DNA from: Chitinivibrionales bacterium
GTDB taxonomy: Bacteria; Fibrobacterota; Chitinivibrionia; Chitinivibrionales; WJKA01
NCBI GenBank assembly: GCA_038247415.1
Contig: JBBRUX010000055.1
Location: 1 to 23,704, forward strand
DNA length: 23,704 bases
Direction: 5' to 3'
Under the pieces are notes generated by a model. It made no database searches. It had not been told where the DNA came from and was given only the letters and a program-made list of their open reading frames with translations. Shown here piece after piece: positions 17,563 through 23,704 of this stretch. Numbering within the stretch: position 1 is the first letter of the stretch; each line of letters opens with the position of its first letter. A program made the position numbers and the translations under genes.

Positions 17563-18288
17563 TTAAATATTAAAATAGAGTTTCACAAACATGGCAAAAG
17601 TCTCCTCGAATGACTTTCCATAAGAAATTTCTTTATTTCTTTTTTTGCTCGTTAGTTCTTTTTTTTCCCAAGCATCCATTTGAAAGAGAAGTTCTTTGGC
17701 GACAATACGTAATCTAATAACTTTTTCTGGATTTCGCTGCCATCCATAGATACGAAAGTCTGTTATTCTCGAATTTAATGAAGCTTCAAACTGATTATCA
17801 GGAACTAGGGCAATGGAAGGCATTTCGGAAAACGAATTTCTACTTCCACAATACAGATAATAATACCCTTTTAAGATTCTGGGTAAGAAAGCATCGATAT
17901 AAGCGAGCTTGTCCCATTTTTGTTCCTGGAGCAGACGTTCTACTTCTTTTATAATTGCGGCAAGTGATTTATTAACCCGAATGATCTGACTTGCCTCAAA
18001 TTCGGATATTGCGAACTCCTGCCCAAACGCTTCTTGATACGCAATTCTTTCGCGTCCCTCAGGTCTGATTTTAAAGAGCATATCATCATAGCAGGTTATT
18101 TCGGCGTAATCGGGATAGTTTTCCCATGAAACTCGAACTTTTTCAAAGGAGTGACTCTTCTCTTCGAGCATTGCTGAAATTTTAGCAAAAGGGATCGTAA
18201 CAGGGGTTCGCTTAACAGCAGGAATCTCGGCAGAAAAGCCAACAAAGCATACCACAAGCAGATAGAATACATTCAAATGAAGGGCCAT
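17563..18288 (-). CDS. Exported hypothetical protein, paralogue A
   Basis: 241 aa, signal-peptide-like N-terminus (FYLLVVCFVGFSA), AAGG RBS; colinear with 16751-17530. Confidence 0.85.
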   Translation of the reverse strand: MALHLNVFYLLVVCFVGFSAEIPAVKRTPVTIPFAKISAMLEEKSHSFEKVRVSWENYPDYAEITCYDDMLFKIRPEGRERIAYQEAFGQEFAISEFEASQIIRVNKSLAAIIKEVERLLQEQKWDKLAYIDAFLPRILKGYYYLYCGSRNSFSEMPSIALVPDNQFEASLNSRITDFRIYGWQRNPEKVIRLRIVAKELLFQMDAWEKKELTSKKRNKEISYGKSFEETFAMFVKLYFNI

Positions 18289-18345
18289 AGCTATCGCCTT
18301 TTAACCCGTGGTTGTTCATGCTCGTTCAATGCTACAGACTGAGTA

Positions 18346-19038
18346 TTACTCTCCGCACATAAGGAGGGTCTTTGGGTCAAGACGCAAATGCAGATCGTGC
18401 TGCGCCAAAGAGTCGTGATCCTTGATAAGATCGAGGCGAACATAATCGGCCTTTTGCGCAAGGGTGATAATTACGGCCAACTCGGAGATACTCGGCACAA
18501 GCACGGCTGGAACACTCATCGGATGCTGCTGTAATGCGGTTGCTGAAAACCAGATGGACAAACCCAAATCCTGGGCACACCGGCGGATTTCCTTAAGCTG
18601 GGATACCGTAGCTTTTGAGAAATCGTACCCATCAATGACAACAGTTTCAGCTTTGAAGTTACCATCAAAAACAACTGAGCGCAAGCGTTTTTCTACATCG
18701 ACACCGAGAAATTCATGTTGCTGGAAATACATGATGAGCCTGTTAGCCATCAGAGAGTCGTGCATTTCCAAAGCCCCTTCGAGCGAGCTTCTTCTGGCAA
18801 CTTCGCTGAAGATATCTTCGTACCATGCAACAATATGGGAGGCATCGTCGGAGAACGAGATGTGAATAACGGGTTTGTTTTGAAAAAGTTGATCGGTAGC
18901 AATATGAACAAGACAGGCAGTTTTACCTGTACCCTTGGGACCTGCTATAACACCCACATTTCCAATACCAAGACCACCTTGCGTACTCTTTTCGAGAATA
19001 CGCAAGGGGCTTTTATCAATCAATTCGGCTTTAAGCAT
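18346..19038 (-). CDS. RecA/KaiC-superfamily P-loop ATPase of unknown function
   Basis: GGLGIGNVGVIAGPKGTGKT (Walker A preceded by the RecA-type GGL motif), VIHISF strand, VVIDGYDF (Walker B), IWFSA; GAGG RBS before ATG 19038. Confidence 0.88.
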   Translation of the reverse strand: MLKAELIDKSPLRILEKSTQGGLGIGNVGVIAGPKGTGKTACLVHIATDQLFQNKPVIHISFSDDASHIVAWYEDIFSEVARRSSLEGALEMHDSLMANRLIMYFQQHEFLGVDVEKRLRSVVFDGNFKAETVVIDGYDFSKATVSQLKEIRRCAQDLGLSIWFSATALQQHPMSVPAVLVPSISELAVIITLAQKADYVRLDLIKDHDSLAQHDLHLRLDPKTLLMCGE

Positions 19039-19072
19039 GAAACCTCTCAAGGACCATCAAGCTGTCAAAAAG

Positions 19073-21169
19073 TTATTTCTTGGCAGCAATGGCAGCCTTG
19101 GTTTTTTCTTGGTATTCTTTCATGAGTTGCTCGGCAATTTGCGTAGGAACCTTAGCATATTTTGCAAACTCCATAGTAAACTCGCTTTTTCCCTGAGTTA
19201 GCGAGCGGAGCGCTGTGCTATAGCCAAACATTTCACTGAGTGGAACTTCGGCTTCTACCTGGGCAAAATTTCCATTTTCAACAGTAGTAATAATAGTACC
19301 TCGACGTTGCGTAATAGAACCTATGACGTTACCCTGGAATTCGGTAGGACCTTCAACACCAACCTTCATGATAGGCTCAAGAATTTCCGGACCTGCTTTA
19401 GCATAGGCTTGTCTAAAAGCACCAATTGCCGCAAGTTGGAAGGCGATATCTGACGAGTCGACAGGATGGGAGTTGCCGTCGTTGACAATTGCACGAATTC
19501 CAACAATAGGGAATCCAATGAGCGAACCTTTATCAAGACAGGCACGAAACCCTTTTTCGCACGAAGGTATAAATTCCAGAGGAATAACACCACCCTTGAT
19601 TTTATCGACGAATTCGAAATCTGATTCTCCATTAGGCTCAAGAATGCCACCAACACGACCAAACTGACCAGATCCACCAGTCTGCTTTTTGTGGGTATAA
19701 TCGAACTCAACAGCTTTGGAAATACGTTCACGATAGGCAACCTGGGGCATACCGGTTTCTAGATCAACATTATACTCGCGACGCATGCGCTCTACGTAAA
19801 CATCGAGATGCAGCTCACCCATACCGCGAATAATGGTTTCGCCCGATTCTGGGTCCATGAATGTAGTAAATGTTGGATCTTCTTTAACAAAACGGTTAAG
19901 AGCCTTACCCATACCTTCTGAAGAAGCCTTGTTCTTAGGCTTGATAGAAAGAGAGATAACGGGATTAGGAACAAACATGCGCGACATTGCATAGTTGAGC
20001 GACTTGTTTACAAAGGTATCACCCGATGCGCACTCAACACCAAAGAAGGCAACAATATCCCCAGCGCCTGCAAAGTCGATATCTTCTTTTGTATCGGCAT
20101 GCATACGAAGAAGTCGACCAACCTTAAAGCGCTTTTTAGTACGAGCATTGGTGAGTTCATCGCCTTTTTTAACACATCCCTGATACACCCGCACATACGT
20201 GAGCTGACCGTAGGCACTCTCTTCGAGTTTAAAACCCAGTGCTACTGTAGGAAGATCGTTCGTTGATTGGAGCTTTACAATCTGTTCGTTATTATCAAGA
20301 TCAAATGCTTCATTTTCGATATCTAAAGGACATGGCAAATATTTGAGAACACCATCAAGAAGTGCTTGAACTGCCTTATTTTTATATGCAGAGCCAAGCA
20401 TGACCGGTGTTAATTTAAGTGAAATGGTACCTTTACGAATAGCCTCGTTGATAAGCTCTTCGGTTACGGTGCCTTCTAGGTAGGCATCGGCGAGCGCATC
20501 GGAATACAGAGAAATTTCGTCAACCATCTTATCATGATATTCTTTTGCTTCATCGAGCAGTTTCGCTGGAATCTCTTCTTCGCGGACATTTTCCCCATTG
20601 TCACCATCAAAATAAAGAGCCTTCATACGAACCAGATCTATAACGCCCTCAAGGTTTTCTTCAAGGCCGATAGGAATCTGGATCATAACAGCATGCAAAC
20701 CAAGACGTTCCTTAAGCTGCTTTGCGACATTATAAGGATTAGCACCTTTACGGTCTGATTTATTAACAAATGCAATACGAGGAACGCCATAGCGCTTGAG
20801 CTGCTTATCGACCGTTAAAGTCTGTGATTGAACACCACCAACAGCACACAACACAAGAATAGCACCATCGAGCACGCGCAATGCACGCTCTACTTCTATA
20901 GTAAAGTCAACGTGTCCTGGGGTATCGATAATATTGATTGGATGATTCTTCCATTCAACGTTTGTTGCTGCAGAAGTAATAGTAATACCGCGTTCACGCT
21001 CGAGTTCCATGAAATCCATGGTTGCGCCTTTTCCGTCGTCACCCTTAACTTCATGAACTGCATGAATTTTTTTGCAGTAGAAGAGAATACGTTCTGTGAG
21101 GGTTGTTTTACCCGAGTCGATGTGTGCGCTAATACCGATATTGCGCATTTTTTTGAGATCTAGTGCCAT
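19073..21169 (-). CDS. fusA: Elongation factor G, spdEFG1/mtEFG1-like, outside the str operon
   Basis: [69 protein letters not shown]. Confidence 0.97.
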   Translation of the reverse strand: MALDLKKMRNIGISAHIDSGKTTLTERILFYCKKIHAVHEVKGDDGKGATMDFMELERERGITITSAATNVEWKNHPINIIDTPGHVDFTIEVERALRVLDGAILVLCAVGGVQSQTLTVDKQLKRYGVPRIAFVNKSDRKGANPYNVAKQLKERLGLHAVMIQIPIGLEENLEGVIDLVRMKALYFDGDNGENVREEEIPAKLLDEAKEYHDKMVDEISLYSDALADAYLEGTVTEELINEAIRKGTISLKLTPVMLGSAYKNKAVQALLDGVLKYLPCPLDIENEAFDLDNNEQIVKLQSTNDLPTVALGFKLEESAYGQLTYVRVYQGCVKKGDELTNARTKKRFKVGRLLRMHADTKEDIDFAGAGDIVAFFGVECASGDTFVNKSLNYAMSRMFVPNPVISLSIKPKNKASSEGMGKALNRFVKEDPTFTTFMDPESGETIIRGMGELHLDVYVERMRREYNVDLETGMPQVAYRERISKAVEFDYTHKKQTGGSGQFGRVGGILEPNGESDFEFVDKIKGGVIPLEFIPSCEKGFRACLDKGSLIGFPIVGIRAIVNDGNSHPVDSSDIAFQLAAIGAFRQAYAKAGPEILEPIMKVGVEGPTEFQGNVIGSITQRRGTIITTVENGNFAQVEAEVPLSEMFGYSTALRSLTQGKSEFTMEFAKYAKVPTQIAEQLMKEYQEKTKAAIAAKK

Positions 21170-21454
21170 GAAGTCCTGGTCCTCTCGCTAAATATAGGAT
21201 GATAAGTAGTTACATATCATAGTAGTAATACTGTTTGGGTATTTTTTGAGGTTAGAATGAGCCAATGATTTCATCGATCTCAAACATCAACCAGAAGCAA
21301 AAGAAGACCCAATGCAGCGCCTTATGAGGATACAATGATCCCCGGTATGGCCAGACAATATACTTTCTGGGGATCTTTTTTGCCAAAAATCCGTTTATAA
21401 AGAATTGCGGCTATGTATTTTTTTTAATTACCTTACAATTTGAGTAGGAGCACT

Positions 21455-21718
21455 ATGAAAACATTTGACTCACTCTTTGTCGAGCTTCTGGATAAAAAAG
21501 CAAAGGCCGACCCCGCGTCAAAAACCGTTGCAGAGCTTGGCAAAGGTGTTCATTTTATTGGAAAAAAGATTATCGAGGAAGCTGGAGAAGTCTGGATAGC
21601 CTCTGAGTACGAAGGCACAGAAAAAACAGCCGAAGAGATGAGTCAGCTTTTATACCACATTCAGGTAATGATGATCGCCCAGGGCATAACCCTCGAAGAT
21701 GTTTACAAATACTTATAA
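21455..21718 (+). CDS. hisE: Phosphoribosyl-ATP pyrophosphatase (monofunctional)
   Basis: [47 protein letters not shown] before ATG 21455. Confidence 0.94.
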   Translation: MKTFDSLFVELLDKKAKADPASKTVAELGKGVHFIGKKIIEEAGEVWIASEYEGTEKTAEEMSQLLYHIQVMMIAQGITLEDVYKYL

Positions 21719-21727
21719 GGAACTATC

Positions 21728-22576
21728 ATGATTAAAATAGCAATTCCCAACAAAGGTTCTCTCTCCGAAGAAGCCATTAAGCTCATTACCGATGCAGGAT
21801 ATAAATGCCGCCGTATGCAGAGCGAACTCGTTTTGTTCGATGCATCCAATGATATCGAGTTTTATTTTTTGCGCCCGCGGGATATTGCTATTTATGTGGG
21901 AAATGGCCAGCTCGATCTTGGCATAACAGGCCGTGATCTTTCGCTTGATAGCGGAGCCGCGATAACAGAGGTCATGGATCTCAATTTTGGGAACTCTCGT
22001 TTTTTCTATGCTGCTCTTAAAGATGCCGGCATCACGAAGGATTCTCTTGATGGTAAACGCATCGCCACATCGTATCCTACTATTGTCGAAAAAGATTTAC
22101 AAAAACGCAATCAAAAGGCAACCATCGTACACCTCGATGGTGCAGTAGAAATCTCCATAAAGCTTGGTGTTGCCGATGTAATAGCCGATGTAGTTCAATC
22201 GGGACGCACGCTTACCGACGCGGGCCTTGCAACCTTTGGCGAACCGCTTCTTTCGTCCGAAGCTATTCTTATTGGGCACTCTGCTGGTACTATTGCCAAA
22301 ACAGAATCAGCGCTCTTTATCAAGCGCCTCAAAGGCATTATTGTCGCACGGGAATTTGCCATGGTCGAATACGATATCCCAAAAGCAGCACTCGCCGCCG
22401 CATGCGCAATAACTCCCGGCATCGAATCCCCCACCATATCTCCCCTCTCAGATACCTCGTGGGTTGCCATAAAGTCTATGATTAAGAAAAAAGAATCCAA
22501 TGCCATAATGGATTCGCTTGCTGATCTTGGCGCCAAGGGGATTTTTATTACCGATATCAGGACATGCAGGATTTAG
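21728..22576 (+). CDS. hisG: ATP phosphoribosyltransferase, long form
   Basis: IAIPNKGSL, RPRDIAIYV, DLGITGRD, IATSYP, GAVE, ADVVQSGRTL, and C-terminal regulatory domain TPGIESPTISPL. Confidence 0.97.
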   Translation: MIKIAIPNKGSLSEEAIKLITDAGYKCRRMQSELVLFDASNDIEFYFLRPRDIAIYVGNGQLDLGITGRDLSLDSGAAITEVMDLNFGNSRFFYAALKDAGITKDSLDGKRIATSYPTIVEKDLQKRNQKATIVHLDGAVEISIKLGVADVIADVVQSGRTLTDAGLATFGEPLLSSEAILIGHSAGTIAKTESALFIKRLKGIIVAREFAMVEYDIPKAALAAACAITPGIESPTISPLSDTSWVAIKSMIKKKESNAIMDSLADLGAKGIFITDIRTCRI

Positions 22577-22717
22577 AAGCTGTAGGGAGATTTTCGGGTG
22601 GCAGGGGCAAGAGGTTCGGGCAACTTCAAATGCATTTTCTGTCTTAGATTACTTCCAAAACCCGCTCAATGCTTCACGAAAGCTACAATGATTTTATTAT
22701 ATGTTGCGCATTGTCAA

Positions 22718-22885
22718 TTATTCAGCAACAATAATTTCTTCTGCAGGAATTTCTATGACCATCCCATCCTCCCAAACTGAAATTGAATGACCTGCATTCT
22801 TATGCTCTCGAATGGCTTTTTGCACACCTTCAATTGCACCTTTATGTATTCTGTCAAATAGCTCTCTGTCATTTTTTATTGCCAT
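22718..22885 (-). CDS. Small partner protein of the zeta-like ATPase (putative antitoxin-like)
   Basis: 55 aa MAIKNDRELFDRIHKGAIEGVQKAIREHKNAGHSISVWEDGMVIEIPAEEI; GGAGG RBS; start overlaps the 3' end of the ATPase gene. Confidence 0.78.
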   Translation of the reverse strand: MAIKNDRELFDRIHKGAIEGVQKAIREHKNAGHSISVWEDGMVIEIPAEEIIVAE

Positions 22886-23465
22886 TACAAACCTCCGCAA
22901 CAAGTTTCCACATAGAAGGATTTTTAATATCAACTGACCTTCCAAATAATTTTTCTGCGATCAATCTCATTTCTGAACGAGAATTATCATAAAAAGTCCA
23001 GCTATCCGATATTGGGGCATAAAGATCAAAAAAATTTTCTAGTCCTCTTTGATATCGAGAGCGAACTATTTCGTGTGCGACAAAATGGCCACCTAATTTC
23101 ACCCGTTCCGAAACTCGAGCGATTGCTAATTCGGTAGATGCTAACCAAACATAAATGGTATTAATTCGGTATCCTTTGATTTTGCACTCCTTAAGAAATG
23201 GGACAAAACTTCGAGAGGCCATTGTCGTTTCAAATGCAAAATCTTCTCTTCGCTCAGCCAATTCTTTAATCCGTTTAAGCATCAATCGCCCAGATTCTAT
23301 TGACACCTTATCCGGTTTAAATGGTGATAATGCTTTTGCAATAGCATCAGCATTAACATATTCATAGCATTCAATTAACTCAGGCATTATAGATAATGCA
23401 GTGGTTGTTTTGCCTGCGCCGTTTGGACCGCCAACAATATAAAGCCCTGGTCGCTCATCATTCAT
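22869..23465 (-). CDS. Zeta-toxin-like P-loop ATPase/kinase (COG4185 type)
   Basis: IVGGPNGAGKTT, YVNADAIA, FAFETTMAS, RVSERVKLGGH, RY.RGL.NF, FYDNS; GGAG RBS supports ATG 23465 rather than 23687. Confidence 0.9.
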   Translation of the reverse strand: MNDERPGLYIVGGPNGAGKTTTALSIMPELIECYEYVNADAIAKALSPFKPDKVSIESGRLMLKRIKELAERREDFAFETTMASRSFVPFLKECKIKGYRINTIYVWLASTELAIARVSERVKLGGHFVAHEIVRSRYQRGLENFFDLYAPISDSWTFYDNSRSEMRLIAEKLFGRSVDIKNPSMWKLVAEVCNGNKK

Positions 23466-23704
23466 AAAATTCTCCATATATCGAAAATAGCTTATGGAAC
23501 TACCGGTTGGATGTAGACGCCTTAAGTATCGCCAGTTAAGCGTATCACGGATAAAAGTAACAAGCGTTCCGGGTTCCCCGTCGCCCCTTCTTACGGGCTC
23601 TGGCTTTGCCAGCCGGTCTTTCATGCCATGCGGCACTTCGTGCCCAAGGCATTCAAGACTGAAAGCTTCACTCCGTTTTTCTTTCACCCTTTTATCCTGG
23701 CCAA

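Noticed and set aside
21337..21381. GATCCCC...GGGGATC hairpin plus T-run upstream of hisE as a histidine attenuator
   Set aside because: The loop is 25 nt and none of the short upstream frames contains a His-codon run
6920..22606. Shared CCCGAAAATCT 11-mer in two intergenic regions (6927-6937 plus, 22598-22588 minus) as a REP-like repeat
   Set aside because: Too short, only two copies, and no palindromic REP structure
22696..22717. TTGACA and TATAAT hexamers on the minus strand
   Set aside because: They are only 10 nt apart, incompatible with a sigma70 promoter
1..23704. CRISPR array, tRNA, rRNA, intact integrase or transposase
   Set aside because: No regularly spaced repeats, cloverleaf or rRNA signatures, or catalytic motifs were seen on reading

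Overview
Bacterial chromosomal window. Gene content and protein style (DUF2341/LamG-type tail, beta-helix proteins with C-terminal sorting-like tails, spirochaete/mitochondrial-type EF-G) suggest Fibrobacterota/Chitinivibrionia; this assignment is inference only. The left end (1-2230) is an AT-rich, scarred accessory region. It holds an intact antitoxin-vapC pair with a palindromic operator, fused remnants of two further TA genes, a frameshifted small membrane protein, and two 5'-truncated genes meeting head-to-head. Next come two right-handed beta-helix proteins, a stand-alone rsmH paralogue, a deacetylase plus two glycosyltransferases, glgB, nrdR (with NrdR-box-like sites), a DUF3820-like gene, a flavodoxin remnant, dacB and a STAS protein. 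The most intriguing block is a probable operon on the minus strand: fusA (spdEFG1/mtEFG1 type), a RecA/KaiC-like ATPase, and two tandem paralogous exported proteins of unknown family. The window ends with hisE-hisG and a zeta-toxin-like P-loop ATPase with a small partner gene. No rRNA, tRNA, CRISPR array or intact transposase/integrase was recognised.
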